A DNA stretch of 64,000 nt from Syntrophales bacterium (GCA_963665615.2 CAXXQE010000001.1:575151-639150), one strand, 5' to 3'; shown: positions 21,032 to 31,365, counted from the first letter of the stretch. The notes: a model not told the origin generated them from the sequence alone. Numbers and translations: made by a program.

Positions 21032-21179
21032 CCTTGCCTCCGTTCCTCTGCCATGACGGGATGGGCATCCTTGTTATGAAACCAGAACGACTCTATTTCC
21101 GCACAGCATTAAATCAGGGAAACACATCATTTCATGGGTGTCCCCATGTACACCATGTATGCACCTAGGGAAGAACGGA

Positions 21180-21671
21180 CTAGTGCGAAGCGTTTGCGAC
21201 CGGCTCCGTGATTATCACTAAACCAGGTTCTATCTCCGATACCTCCCGTCGCTCTGGATAAGCAATGTGGATAGTGTTCATGTAAATCGAGCCACGGCTC
21301 ACGAAACTGACGCCCAATATCATCGCGTTCGGATCGGCGCCAGCCAACCAAATATTACCTTCGATTTCTTGATCTGGATCAGTGGTGTTGTCTTCGTCTC
21401 TATACCCCTGCCACACGATCGTCCGCTGCGGTTTGAACAGAAATTCGAGTTTCTTTTTTTGACCTTCAGAATAGGCAGTTGAACGCTCAGCCCGACAAAG
21501 CGGGAAAGAAGATTCGTAAATGCTTTTCTGGTCAAGACGCACTTCCAATTTCATGATAGGACCGCCACACGTAGCGAACCAAAACCAGACCGGTCCTTCT
21601 TTCGATGCCAATGCTGGGCCGGCTGATACAGCGCTAAGAAGCATTATTGTTGCGAAGAATCGAAAGATCAT
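21180..21671 (-). CDS. Hypothetical exported protein
   Basis: Signal-peptide-like N-terminus (MIFRFFATIMLLSAVSAGPALA), beta-rich mature region, one Cys pair. Confidence 0.65.
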   Translation of the reverse strand: MIFRFFATIMLLSAVSAGPALASKEGPVWFWFATCGGPIMKLEVRLDQKSIYESSFPLCRAERSTAYSEGQKKKLEFLFKPQRTIVWQGYRDEDNTTDPDQEIEGNIWLAGADPNAMILGVSFVSRGSIYMNTIHIAYPERREVSEIEPGLVIITEPVANASH

Positions 21672-21883
21672 TCTTATCCTTTTTGTTTTCAATAACGGCT
21701 GGCTGCGTAGGATTTGAAGTAAACTATTGGGCGGATATTGTGTGGTTGTCAACAGATATCTGTAAATCGTTTGGCAGCAGTCGGATTAACTCTGCAATGC
21801 GCATGATTTGCAATTTGGTGTTCTTCCGCTCAACCTCTCAGCCTCTAACCTTCTTAACTTCTTTCTTTTTCGCTTGTCACCCG

Positions 21884-22933
21884 TTACCCATTACCCATTA
21901 AGATCGTCTGCGTCGGATACGCAAAGACGATGCCCTCGCCCTCGAAGCACTTGAGGATCTTGAGGTTGATGTCGTGCTGGGTATTCAGATGGAAGGTCGC
22001 ATCGGGATTGTCCAGAAGGTAGGCTACTTCGAAGGTGAGCGCGAAGTCGCCAAGCTTCGTGAAGTGAATGCGCTCAACGCGCACCTGATCGCGTTCGATG
22101 ATCTGACGGAGCAGGGCAGGGATCTTTTCAAGTTTCTCCGACGGGGTCTGGTAGGTCACGCCGATCGTGAAGACGACGCGGCGTTCCTGAATGCGTTGCA
22201 GGTTGCGGATCCGGCTCTGGAGCAGGTCAGAATTCGACAGGATGATCTGTTCGCCGGTCTGACTGCGGAGCTTCGTTGTTTTTAGACCGATGTGCTCGAC
22301 GGTGCCCGCTACGTTGCCGCCGATATCGATATAGTCGCCATAAACAAAGGGCTTGTCCACGGCGATCGACATGGCCGCGAGCAGATCCTTCAGGATGTTC
22401 TGTATAGCCAGGGCCACGGCGATACCGCCGATGCCCAAACCGGCTATCAGCGTCTTCACATTGAACCCGAGGCTATCCAGGATGATAAGCAGCATCAGGG
22501 CCCAGAGAAAAATCCTTCCGACATAGGACATGGCCGTGACGGTGGTCACGCCCGCCGCGTCTGTCGTAAGATTTTTCCGGGTGTATCGGTCCAGGTAAAA
22601 GGAGATGCCCTGATTGCCCCAGAGGGCAACCTGCGTGAAAAAGCCGATGACCACGATTTTGTCGAGCAGGGACGTCATCCCTTTGCTGAGGGTCAGGTTG
22701 CCGGATGCGGCATAAATCGCCAGCAGGATCAGAAAAAACTGTTTCGTGCCCGCGCACAGGGTCAGGGCCAGGGCATAGCCTTCTTTATGGATGCGCCTGT
22801 CGAGGGCGGTTAACTGGCGGCCGACGATTTTCCGGATCGCCACGAGCAGGACATAGATAAGCAGGGCATAAAGAAGAGTCAGAACCCAGGTCTGAAGGGT
22901 GTTGCCGTAAAAGAGCCGATCCCAAAAATACAT
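21884..22933 (-). CDS. Small-conductance mechanosensitive channel (MscS family)
   Basis: LIAGLGIGGIAVALAIQ, DKPFVYGD, GTVEHIGLKTTKLRS, FAYPTQT. Confidence 0.93.
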   Translation of the reverse strand: MYFWDRLFYGNTLQTWVLTLLYALLIYVLLVAIRKIVGRQLTALDRRIHKEGYALALTLCAGTKQFFLILLAIYAASGNLTLSKGMTSLLDKIVVIGFFTQVALWGNQGISFYLDRYTRKNLTTDAAGVTTVTAMSYVGRIFLWALMLLIILDSLGFNVKTLIAGLGIGGIAVALAIQNILKDLLAAMSIAVDKPFVYGDYIDIGGNVAGTVEHIGLKTTKLRSQTGEQIILSNSDLLQSRIRNLQRIQERRVVFTIGVTYQTPSEKLEKIPALLRQIIERDQVRVERIHFTKLGDFALTFEVAYLLDNPDATFHLNTQHDINLKILKCFEGEGIVFAYPTQTILMGNG

Positions 22934-23050
22934 GTATGCCTCCCGAACGTGATGAAAAACTTTTTCCCATTTTTTTATCGAGTTTTTTTATCGAGCGCAA
23001 CCCGGCGGCTTGTAGCGGGATAAGCAAGCGAATGAGAGCGAAAACATCTT

Positions 23051-23626
23051 CTAGGTGGCCGCCGCCTCAGTTCGCAGACCGTCGATGGCCTGCTCGAGAT
23101 CGATGCGCATAAAACCGGCGATCTTGGTTTCGACCGCCAGGATGATTTCTTTGTTCTGGAGGATCATTTTCCGGATCTCCGCATTGATGCCGTAACGTTT
23201 GACCAGATCGTGCAACCGTTCGTCGATGGTGACGATGCGATCGTGCATGACCCGTTTGTCGGCGTAAAAGATGATTTCGCACTCTTCCAAAGCCCCCCGA
23301 TGATCGAAGGCGGCCAGATAGACGTGCTGTTCGACGATTTCTGCGATGCGGGGGAAACCGAGGCTCCGCAGGAGGGCGCCGCCCGACAGGTCGTGCCGTT
23401 CGCGTGTTTCCAGCGACCGGGTCTTGGTGATATCGTGCAGCAGGGCCGCGGCCATGACGGCGTCGCGATGGATGACCACCGGATTTTTCAGATGGTCGGC
23501 GATGGCCAGGGAGACGCGCATGACCTGGCGGGAATGCTCGGCGATATTGGGCAGCATGGCCTGTTCCATCATCAGTGTGAGGCATTCCTCCAGGGTGGGC
23601 ACTCTGTCAAAGGGGCTTTGTGGCAT
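23051..23626 (-). CDS. HD-domain phosphohydrolase
   Basis: EHS...AALLHDITK...H...QH...YADK. Confidence 0.88.
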   Translation of the reverse strand: MPQSPFDRVPTLEECLTLMMEQAMLPNIAEHSRQVMRVSLAIADHLKNPVVIHRDAVMAAALLHDITKTRSLETRERHDLSGGALLRSLGFPRIAEIVEQHVYLAAFDHRGALEECEIIFYADKRVMHDRIVTIDERLHDLVKRYGINAEIRKMILQNKEIILAVETKIAGFMRIDLEQAIDGLRTEAAAT

Positions 23627-23635
23627 GCGACGTTT

Positions 23636-24202
23636 TTATCCTCTGGCGAGCTTGACGCCCAGTTCAAAGGCCTCCTGCATGAGCTTTGCATTAGAGGCGA
23701 TTTGGCCGGCCTCCATGGCGCTGCCATGGACCATCCCAATGATAGGGGAACCGGTGAAGGCGAAGGCGTCCTGAAAGGTCTTGAGGGCATTGACGCAGCC
23801 AGAGCGCACGGCATCAACATCCCCGTATGCCATGGCGATAGAGATCCGCTTCCCCCGGAAAGGGTTTTTCCCGTATGCGGGCAGCGCGAAGCAGCGATCC
23901 ATCAGGAGCTTTGTCTGGGCCGACATGGTGAACCAGTAAACCGGGCTGGCGAAGACCCAGGCATCGGCAGCGAGCAGCTTCGGATAGAGGGTCTGCATGT
24001 CGTCCTGAATCGCGCAGCCACGGCTCTTTGGCGCCTGACAGGCATAGCATGATTTGCAGGGCGCGATGGACAGATCCTGAAGGAAGACGGTTTCAACGTC
24101 GGCCTTGACCGATTCGGCGCCCTTTGCAATCTGTTGCGCCAGGATGGCGCTGTTGCCGTTCTTTCGCGGACTTCCGAGCATTATGAGTACTTTTGCAGTC
24201 AT
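23636..24202 (-). CDS. Iron-sulfur flavoprotein / flavodoxin-like reductase
   Basis: GSPRKNGNS, CKSCYAC...C, ASPVYWF, KLLMDR. Confidence 0.9.
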   Translation of the reverse strand: MTAKVLIMLGSPRKNGNSAILAQQIAKGAESVKADVETVFLQDLSIAPCKSCYACQAPKSRGCAIQDDMQTLYPKLLAADAWVFASPVYWFTMSAQTKLLMDRCFALPAYGKNPFRGKRISIAMAYGDVDAVRSGCVNALKTFQDAFAFTGSPIIGMVHGSAMEAGQIASNAKLMQEAFELGVKLARG

Positions 24203-24234
24203 GATTTTCTTTCCTTTCTTTTCAAGCAGACCTG

Positions 24235-25329
24235 TCAGTAGCCCAGGCCGATAATTTTTGGATCCTTTTGCGGGGGGGTGATATCGCGAGATCGTCGAAG
24301 CGTGATAGCGCCGGTGGGGCACGTCTTTACGCAGAGACCGCATCCGAGGCACTGCTCAGGAATCACGGCGGCCGCCTGGTCGGCCATCACGATTGCCGAT
24401 ATTTGACAGCGTTCGATGCAGCGGCCGCAAGCGGTGCAGGCGCTTGGCTCCACCACTGCCGAGAAGTTCGCACCGGTAATCCCCCGGTACCCCTTGATTT
24501 TCTTCATCTGGGCGATGATGTCGCAGCAACACCCGCAGCAGTTGCACAGCAAGGTGTTGCCTCCGCCGATGAAATTGTTGAAATTATGGATCAGCCCCGC
24601 TGTCTCGCAGTCTTTGAGCAACTGCACGACGCCTTCGCGGGAGAAACGTCTGGCGAATTTGCGCTCGACCATGAAATCGGCGACCTTGCCGAAAAAGATG
24701 CAGGTCTCGGGGGGCAGATTTTCGAGCTTGCAGGGGTGGCCGTTGAGGGCGGCCTTTTGTCGGCAATAGCAGGCGCCGGCAGCGAAGGACGTTTCCGACT
24801 CGAGGATTTCCGACATCTTCTCCCAGGTGGCGATTCCGGTTCCACCTGGCAGATGTTGCTCGATGGCGATTGTCCGCAACGTGCCAGGCCGGGCCGCCAG
24901 GGCGGCAGGGTCGGCTTTCCGACAGAGTTCCTCAATGGCAGCTTCCGCGGCTGCCCACATATCGTTGACCAGGACCGTTCTTCGTCGAACCTTGTCATTG
25001 TCTTCCCCCCTGAGGTATTGAAACTCAAGAATGCCGGGAATGTAGGGCGCCAAAGAATACTCTTTCCCGCCGTCGCTTGTTTCGACAATTAAAATCAGTC
25101 CCTCGTCGGCCATGTCTTCGAGGATGCGCTGGAGGTCTTTCTCATCGCGGGAAAGCTCTCTGGCGAGAGAGGTCAGGGAATGGGTCCCCATGGGGAAAGC
25201 GGCGCCGAGTTCTGCCTGTTCTTCGGTGAAGACCTCCTTGAGAAATGCGATAGTAGCCTCTACCAGCGGCATCTTGATAGGATTACGGTTTAATCGGGCG
25301 CCCAGTCTGGTGTAAATGTCATCTTTCAT
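24235..25329 (-). CDS. 4Fe-4S dicluster protein with N-terminal HTH-like region (paralog of 19312-20412)
   Basis: FTEEQAEL, CYCR, CNCCGCCC, CTACGRCIERC, CLGCGLCVKTCP. Confidence 0.88.
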   Translation of the reverse strand: MKDDIYTRLGARLNRNPIKMPLVEATIAFLKEVFTEEQAELGAAFPMGTHSLTSLARELSRDEKDLQRILEDMADEGLILIVETSDGGKEYSLAPYIPGILEFQYLRGEDNDKVRRRTVLVNDMWAAAEAAIEELCRKADPAALAARPGTLRTIAIEQHLPGGTGIATWEKMSEILESETSFAAGACYCRQKAALNGHPCKLENLPPETCIFFGKVADFMVERKFARRFSREGVVQLLKDCETAGLIHNFNNFIGGGNTLLCNCCGCCCDIIAQMKKIKGYRGITGANFSAVVEPSACTACGRCIERCQISAIVMADQAAAVIPEQCLGCGLCVKTCPTGAITLRRSRDITPPQKDPKIIGLGY

Positions 25330-25473
25330 TTTTGATCGCTCTTCTGCAATTTTTTCACGGATGTTGCTGTTATGGGGGCGCTTCGGACGGACCTTTCCGG
25401 CGATTGCGTCCTCTTCGGATTTTTTAGCACAAATCAATCTGATATGTGAACGAAATTATCCGTCAAAAACAGG

Positions 25474-25696
25474 TAATGGCCTCGTAAAAAGTCACGGCTT
25501 GAAGCATGAGAAGAGGGTGGCGGCACGGTTCTCTGCCGCTCAGAAATCTTTTTCCGTCATGTTTGGCGCCGGATTGCCTATACCGTCGGGTTGGAAAAAT
25601 CTTTAATTGGGGATTCGCCGGAGCAAGCTCCGGCGAATCCCCGATTCCCAGGGTAGCGGATCGTTTCTGATTCGCTCGCATTCCCCGCGGCTTGCC
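25474..25696 (+). mobile_element. MITE family A copy (left part) carrying the passenger element in reverse orientation
   Basis: Left TIR TAATGGCCTCGTAAAAAGTC; body aligns with 36118-36287 and 46595-46904; 25606-25696 resembles the reverse complement of 46716-46830. Confidence 0.75.
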
Positions 25697-25755
25697 TTCA
25701 ATCACTCAAATATGCATGATGAGAACTGAAAGGGCGGATACGTCTCTGAAAATTC

Positions 25756-25784
25756 TTGACAGTGTAGAGCGGCAGGAATAAATT
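25756..25784 (+). promoter_or_regulatory. sigma70-type promoter of nikR
   Basis: TTGACA-N17-TAAATT. Confidence 0.6.
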
Positions 25785-25815
25785 TTCGGCATTCATTTCA
25801 AGGAGGAAGGACTGT

Positions 25816-26229
25816 ATGTCGGGCTTAGTGCGCTTCGGAGTATCTCTTGAAAAGGGGCTTCTGGAGAAATTCGATCATCTGATCCGTCGTCGGAAATACA
25901 CCAACCGCTCTGAGGCGCTTCGGGACATGATCCGCGAGGAACTGCTCAAACAGCAGTGGGAGGAGGGTGGTGAAGTCGCCGGGGCGATCACCTTCATCTA
26001 CGACCATCATACCCGCGAACTGATGGGTAAGTTGACCGATATCCAGCACGACAGCCAGGACATCATCATTTCAACCCAGCACGTCCATCTCGACCATCAC
26101 CATTGCCTGGAGATCGTCGCCGTCAAGGGACGCGTTAAGCAGGTCATCAAGCTTGCCGATTCGCTCAAGGCGGTCAAAGGCGTTCAGCATTGCAGTTTGA
26201 GTCTGACGGGAGTTACAGGGCACGAGTGA
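25816..26229 (+). CDS. nikR: Nickel-responsive regulator
   Basis: RFGVSL, YTNRSEALRD, YDHH, QH, HVHLDHHHCLE. Confidence 0.96.
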   Translation: MSGLVRFGVSLEKGLLEKFDHLIRRRKYTNRSEALRDMIREELLKQQWEEGGEVAGAITFIYDHHTRELMGKLTDIQHDSQDIIISTQHVHLDHHHCLEIVAVKGRVKQVIKLADSLKAVKGVQHCSLSLTGVTGHE

Positions 26230-26274
26230 ATAGGGAAACAGTGAACAGTAAATAGTAAATAGTAGAAGAACTGT

Positions 26275-27045
26275 TCACTGTTCACTGTTCACTGTTGACT
26301 GCGGCGTCAGCCGCTTTGATTGCATGCACAGCGGCAGTTCCAGATTGTTTTCTTCCAGGAGCTGTTGATTGGACAGGATGTCGTGCGCCCGGCCGTCCGC
26401 TGCGATGGTTCCCTCCCGAATGACGATGCAGCGTTCGCAGACGTCAAGGATGAGATCCAGATCGTGCGAAGCGATGATCCGCGAATGTTGGAAGCTCTTG
26501 AGCAGGTTGATGAGGAGCCGCCGCGATTTTGGGTCTAAATTTGAAGCCGGTTCGTCCATGGCCAGGATATCGGGTTCAACGGCCATGACCGACGCGATGG
26601 CTACGGCGCTCTTCTGGCCGCCGGAAAGGTGATGCGGCGGCTTGTGCTGCAGTTCCAGGCCGTTGACCAGGGTCAAGGCCGCCTCCACGCGCCGCCGCAC
26701 GGCGGCCTCATCCATGCCCAGGTTGAGCGGGCCAAAGGCGACGTCATCATAGACTGTCGGCATGAAAAGCTGATCGTCCGGATTTTGAAAGACGAGCCCC
26801 ACCTTTCTGCGGATTTCCTGTCGCGTTTGTTTCGTCAGTTCGACGTCTCCGACGACGATGGTGCCGCTTGTCGGCATGAGGTAGCCGTTGAGATGCATAA
26901 GCAGCGTGGATTTCCCGGAGCCATTGGCCCCGATGATTCCAACCGATTCGCCGTGCGTGATCCGGAACGTGATATCCCGAAGGGCGTCGGTGCCGTCCGG
27001 ATAGCGGAAGGAAACATGGCTGAAATCTACGAAATGATGGCTCAT
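26275..27045 (-). CDS. Ni/Co ECF transporter ATPase (CbiO/NikO)
   Basis: GANGSGKS, FQNPDDQLF, LSGGQK, MDEP, SHD. Confidence 0.92.
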   Translation of the reverse strand: MSHHFVDFSHVSFRYPDGTDALRDITFRITHGESVGIIGANGSGKSTLLMHLNGYLMPTSGTIVVGDVELTKQTRQEIRRKVGLVFQNPDDQLFMPTVYDDVAFGPLNLGMDEAAVRRRVEAALTLVNGLELQHKPPHHLSGGQKSAVAIASVMAVEPDILAMDEPASNLDPKSRRLLINLLKSFQHSRIIASHDLDLILDVCERCIVIREGTIAADGRAHDILSNQQLLEENNLELPLCMQSKRLTPQSTVNSEQ

Positions 27046-27851
27046 CGGCAAAGCTCCTGAATCAAACGGCCCAGCTCTTCGGTTATGGGGAAAAACCGGA
27101 AAATGAAGAGAAAGGCGATCATGAAAGCGGCAAAGGTGAAGTCGGCGCCCGCAATATGCAGCCGCTTCAAGCTTGGCATATCCCCGCGGAACCCCCTTGA
27201 CAACATAGCGAAATAGATGCGTTCGGCGCGCTCAATCGTTCGCAAAAAGAGAGCGCCTACCAGACGAATGAAAATTCGGATATCCCCGCCCCGTCTACCA
27301 AATGAGCGCATGTCGCGCGCCCTGACCATCCGCATGGTCTCCTCCATGAGAACAAAGAGATAGCGGTACAGGAACAGGAGTTGCGAAACGAACAGGGAAG
27401 GAAGGCCCAGTACACGCAGGGCGTGACAGACTCCGGAAAAAGAGGTGGTGGCGATCAGCAGGATCGCTGTGCCGACGGTCAGCGCGAACTTGACCAGAAT
27501 CGACAGGAACGAGAACCAGCCCGCGGCAATAGTGTGTCCGGGTAGAATTGCGATCGGTGTGGTATCGAGTATCGGATTGAAAATTCCGATGAAAACGGCA
27601 AAAGGGGAGACGATGAGTACTTTTTTAAGGATGAAGGAGAGGGGTATCTCTCCAAGGGTCATCAGGATGACCGGATAGAGAAAAAAAGGCAGCAGGCCGA
27701 CGACTTCATACTTAGGAAAAGAAATGACCGTGAAGAGGAAGAGCAACGTCGCAACCAGTTTCACACGCGGATCGAGGCGGTGGATCACTGTGTTCTTATA
27801 GGCCAGGCGATCGAGCCGGCCGATCTCGAAATACTGTTTGTCGAAGTTCAT
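27042..27851 (-). CDS. Ni/Co ECF transporter T component (CbiQ/NikQ)
   Basis: HRLDPRVKL, YRYLFVL, RAERIYFAMLSRGF. Confidence 0.92.
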   Translation of the reverse strand: MNFDKQYFEIGRLDRLAYKNTVIHRLDPRVKLVATLLFLFTVISFPKYEVVGLLPFFLYPVILMTLGEIPLSFILKKVLIVSPFAVFIGIFNPILDTTPIAILPGHTIAAGWFSFLSILVKFALTVGTAILLIATTSFSGVCHALRVLGLPSLFVSQLLFLYRYLFVLMEETMRMVRARDMRSFGRRGGDIRIFIRLVGALFLRTIERAERIYFAMLSRGFRGDMPSLKRLHIAGADFTFAAFMIAFLFIFRFFPITEELGRLIQELCR

Positions 27852-27969
27852 GCGGATGCCTGAATCGATCGTCGGATCGGTAGTATGATTTTAGATAAAA
27901 TAACACGGGCCTCTGCAAGATTGCCACCTCTTTTTCCGCAGGCCCATATCTGGATGGCGCAGCTTCAGG

Positions 27970-29004
27970 TCATCTTTTTTTGAAAACCCGGATGCCGAAT
28001 CCGATAGCCAGAACCAGCGCCAGAACAAGCGATCCTCCGATGATGCCGGAGACGGAGGTACCTGCATCAACGCCCGGCCACGCGGGTTTGCCAGCGTTCT
28101 TCTGCTCTGAGCCGGGCGCAGGTTTAAAGGCATAATCGGGCAGGACTGCGGTTTTTTTCTGAATGTCCTTAAGCGCGGGGGCAATGCCCGTTTCCGCCTC
28201 CTTTAGTTCGCTCTTGCCGGTGATTTTTTCGATGGACCACTCGAGACCGTCCGGGTGAGTGGAAGCGAACCAGGAAAGCGCGCTGCCGGTGACAAAGGCC
28301 AGGATAGCAAAGGCAATCAGGAGGCTTTTTATTGAAATGTCGGGTGCCAGGGAGCGTGATGCGCCGTCGTTGGCGAGAAGTTCAGGTCGCGCGTTTTTCA
28401 CATAGCTGACGATACCGGCCGTGATCAGTCCTTCGACAAACCCGATCGCGAGGTGGATCGGTTGCATAACCAGGACGAAAGTGCCAAAAGGCAATTCACT
28501 TTTTCCGGACAGGACCGTTTCCAGTACGACCGAAAACGCGCCTAACTGCAGGGCGAGGAGTGCGCTCAGTATGGCGGCGAGCGACAGGCGCCGCATACTG
28601 CTTCCGTCTCCGGCAAGGGGTTTGTAGATCAGGGGATAGGCGATAAAACAGGGATAGATTCCCAGGTTCCAGATGTTGCAGCCGAGGGCCAGCAGCCCGC
28701 CATCGGCAAAGAAAAGTGCCTGAATCGTAAGCACCGAGGCCATTACGAGAAAGGCGGCATAAGGACCAAGGAGGATAGCAAGGATCATCCCGCCGCCGAG
28801 ATGTCCGCTGGAGCCCGTTGCCGGAATGGTGAAGTTGATCATCTGCGCTGCAAAGATGAAGGCGCCGACGACCCCCATCAGCGGAATGGTCTTGCCGTCG
28901 ATGGCGTCCTTTAGTTTTCTTGATGCATACCCCAGCGTGGCCAGAGCGCCGGCCCACATCGTGCCCCCGACTGCAGGGGAGAGTAAAGCGTCTGCCATAT
29001 GCAT
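27970..29004 (-). CDS. Ni/Co ECF S component, CbiM/NikM fused to a PDGLE (NikN-like) domain
   Basis: N-terminal metal-binding MHMADA, GSSGHLGG, ASTHPDGLEW. Confidence 0.92.
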   Translation of the reverse strand: MHMADALLSPAVGGTMWAGALATLGYASRKLKDAIDGKTIPLMGVVGAFIFAAQMINFTIPATGSSGHLGGGMILAILLGPYAAFLVMASVLTIQALFFADGGLLALGCNIWNLGIYPCFIAYPLIYKPLAGDGSSMRRLSLAAILSALLALQLGAFSVVLETVLSGKSELPFGTFVLVMQPIHLAIGFVEGLITAGIVSYVKNARPELLANDGASRSLAPDISIKSLLIAFAILAFVTGSALSWFASTHPDGLEWSIEKITGKSELKEAETGIAPALKDIQKKTAVLPDYAFKPAPGSEQKNAGKPAWPGVDAGTSVSGIIGGSLVLALVLAIGFGIRVFKKR

Positions 29005-29232
29005 ATAAAAAACCTCCGGTTCAGTTTACAGCGGCTAGCGCCGCGGTGACGAGTGACAGGTGACAAGCGGAAACGCTCATCCAGCGCATTGCTGCGGCGA
29101 TTTAACCCGATGAGGTTTCACATTAGTCAGAAGGGGAACAAAAAACGCATTTAATGACATTTTCTTCATCGAAGTGCGTCGGTTCCACCGGTCTGAACCC
29201 GTTACTCGTTACTTGTCACTCGTTACTCGTTA

Positions 29233-30015
29233 CTAAAATCTTATTGTGATTCCGCCCATAAGCGACCATTCTGTTTCGGCGCCGTTGAGTCCATATTTGG
29301 CGCCGATGTCCAGATCCAACTTTTCTGTTATGGAATAGATAAGGCCGCCGAGAATGAATGCAGGATCGTTATTGGCGCTGTCGTCGGTATTCCGCTCGAT
29401 TCCGACGTTCCCGACGAGCTTGAGTTTTTCGATCACATCGAATGTTACGGCTGCCGAGGCGTGCCAAATGCTCTTCTGTTCATCGGCCTTGTTTTCATTG
29501 CGAATATACCCCAGGTTGACGTGAAAGGCCCAGGGCGCCATTTCTTTCGATGCGATCAAGTAGAACTGGTATCCAAACCGACCGGCCCCCAGTCCTTTGT
29601 CGTCATCGCCAGTCGGGATGATAAGGCCCGGCTTCAGCGCGATGCTCAGGGAGCCTTTCTCATAGAAACGCCACTTTGTCTCGAACACCATGTCGGCGAT
29701 GCCATTCTCTTTTGAGATGGTGATGTTGTCATCTTTTTCTTTGTTCCACTGATAAGGGAGCGTCAGGACCAGGTCGATGGCATCGGTCAGACCATATGAC
29801 AAGGTCGAGGCCAGTTGCCATCCTGTTGTCTTGACCCGCAAACCCTCAATGGTTTCCTCGTCGGAGTCATATTGACTATTGACTTCGAGCTGGGCCTTTC
29901 CTTTTCCCTGAGTGCCGGTGTCGTCCGTGATCAGCGGATGGGCCGCCCATGTTGGAACGGCTCCGAGTAGTGTGACAATCCCCAGCAGTACTGCAAGGAG
30001 ATATTTGAAGTTCAT
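29233..30015 (-). CDS. Putative outer-membrane beta-barrel transporter
   Basis: Signal peptide, AHPLITDDTGTQG, alternating beta strands, C-terminal Phe; first gene of the nik operon. Confidence 0.75.
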   Translation of the reverse strand: MNFKYLLAVLLGIVTLLGAVPTWAAHPLITDDTGTQGKGKAQLEVNSQYDSDEETIEGLRVKTTGWQLASTLSYGLTDAIDLVLTLPYQWNKEKDDNITISKENGIADMVFETKWRFYEKGSLSIALKPGLIIPTGDDDKGLGAGRFGYQFYLIASKEMAPWAFHVNLGYIRNENKADEQKSIWHASAAVTFDVIEKLKLVGNVGIERNTDDSANNDPAFILGGLIYSITEKLDLDIGAKYGLNGAETEWSLMGGITIRF

Positions 30016-30032
30016 AAATTGAACCTCCGCTC

Positions 30033-30059
30033 GTGTTACGAATCTATTATATGTAATAC
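30033..30059. promoter_or_regulatory. NikR operator overlapping the nik operon promoter
   Basis: GTGTTAC-N13-GTAATAC palindrome overlapping a minus-strand TTGACG...TATAAT promoter. Confidence 0.75.
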
Positions 30060-30211
30060 CAGACGGCGTCAAGCTTTTTTATCGATTGATGATTGTTCCG
30101 GTGAGTCTTCGATCAGGCGAAGCGGAGAGAGGCAGACAGAAGGGCGGGGCATTCTGCAACCTTGCATCGGAAGGAGGTTGCAGAACCCCGCAGTTTACTA
30201 TTTACTCAGTA

Positions 30212-31354
30212 TCAATGCAGTCCCCACTGGTTGTCTGGGATTTCGACCCGGCGGAGTGTAATGGTCACCGGGTCGGATGCCTTTTTGCGAGAGACGGTCA
30301 GGACGATCTCCGTCCCCGGTTCACCCCGCAGCTTGCGAATGGCATCGCTACCGGAAAGGGAGGCGACGGTTGCGCCGTCGATCGTCAGGATTTCATCTTT
30401 CAGGCGCAGGCCCGCTGCATAGGCCGGTGAACTGCTCTCCAGCTGGCCGACCACCAGATGGCCGGTCCAGCCATATTTGACAGAGGAAAAGCCGCCCGCC
30501 CAATAGGCGTGTACGCCGCCGAGTGTGATGCCGAGGCCGCCTTTCGGCAGCGGTCCGAAAAACTTTTTCTCTGTTTCTTTTTTTGCCACGGTTTCCACAC
30601 TGCCACAGTAATCGTCACTGAGCAGGGACATAAACGTATGGGCGCTGAATTTGGTGAAGGCATAGTGGAGGATCAGCGTATGGTTGGCCTCTTGCAGTTC
30701 GCCGGTCACTTCGGCGCCGTCATCTGGAACCTTGCATTTGTCTGCCGTGAAGCCGGCGCGGCTCCAGGCCCCGCTAATCTTGTTGCCTTGAAGGGTCAGA
30801 TCATATTTGACGGCGACGGCAGTCGATACTGGAACGTTACCGGCAATCGGATAGGTCGATTCAACCTCCGTGTCTGGAACGTAGTAATCGTCTGATGTGA
30901 GGATGAGATGGTTAGCTCCTAGAACCTTCATCCGGAACAGCGTGCCGTCCTCCGCAACCCACGTGCCGCCGCGAGAGTTCACCTTGTTTGTCTGTTCCAT
31001 GCGGAATTCGAGCTTGATGATCTCGTCGTTGACCCGTGCGGCGTCGGTGGCCTGTGGCGCCAGCGCCAGATAGCGATTATAGCTTGCTATCGCCTCTTTG
31101 AATTGCCCGGTTTTTGATTGTACCGACCCCAAATTGTACCAGGCTGCCGCCATGTTGGGCGCGATTTCGGTCGCCTTCCTGAATTCCTCGACCGCCACCA
31201 GCAGATCTTCCTCGTTCTTCGCCATCTCGACGGCGGCCATGCCGCGCACGAGGTGCTTGCGGGCGTCGGCGTCACCGGTCTGGGCGAAAGCGGATGCGCA
31301 AAGGAAAAAGGATGCTGCAATCAGCGTGATCCGGATCGCGTAATGTTTATTCAT
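30212..31354 (-). CDS. Exported TPR + PDZ domain protein
   Basis: Signal peptide; TPR (AAAWYNLGSVQSKTG); C-terminal PDZ (SPAYAAGL..KDEILTIDG..LRGEPGT). Confidence 0.8.
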   Translation of the reverse strand: MNKHYAIRITLIAASFFLCASAFAQTGDADARKHLVRGMAAVEMAKNEEDLLVAVEEFRKATEIAPNMAAAWYNLGSVQSKTGQFKEAIASYNRYLALAPQATDAARVNDEIIKLEFRMEQTNKVNSRGGTWVAEDGTLFRMKVLGANHLILTSDDYYVPDTEVESTYPIAGNVPVSTAVAVKYDLTLQGNKISGAWSRAGFTADKCKVPDDGAEVTGELQEANHTLILHYAFTKFSAHTFMSLLSDDYCGSVETVAKKETEKKFFGPLPKGGLGITLGGVHAYWAGGFSSVKYGWTGHLVVGQLESSSPAYAAGLRLKDEILTIDGATVASLSGSDAIRKLRGEPGTEIVLTVSRKKASDPVTITLRRVEIPDNQWGLH

Positions 31355-31365
31355 ATTGTTTCCTC

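Noticed and set aside
21040..21790. AT-richer exported-protein gene as another integron cassette
   Set aside because: No convincing R''/R' palindromic attC after its stop codon
29005..29232. Cobalamin riboswitch before cbiM-like gene
   Set aside because: No B12-box recognised; the region is bracketed by heptamer repeats, and the NikR site points to nickel control
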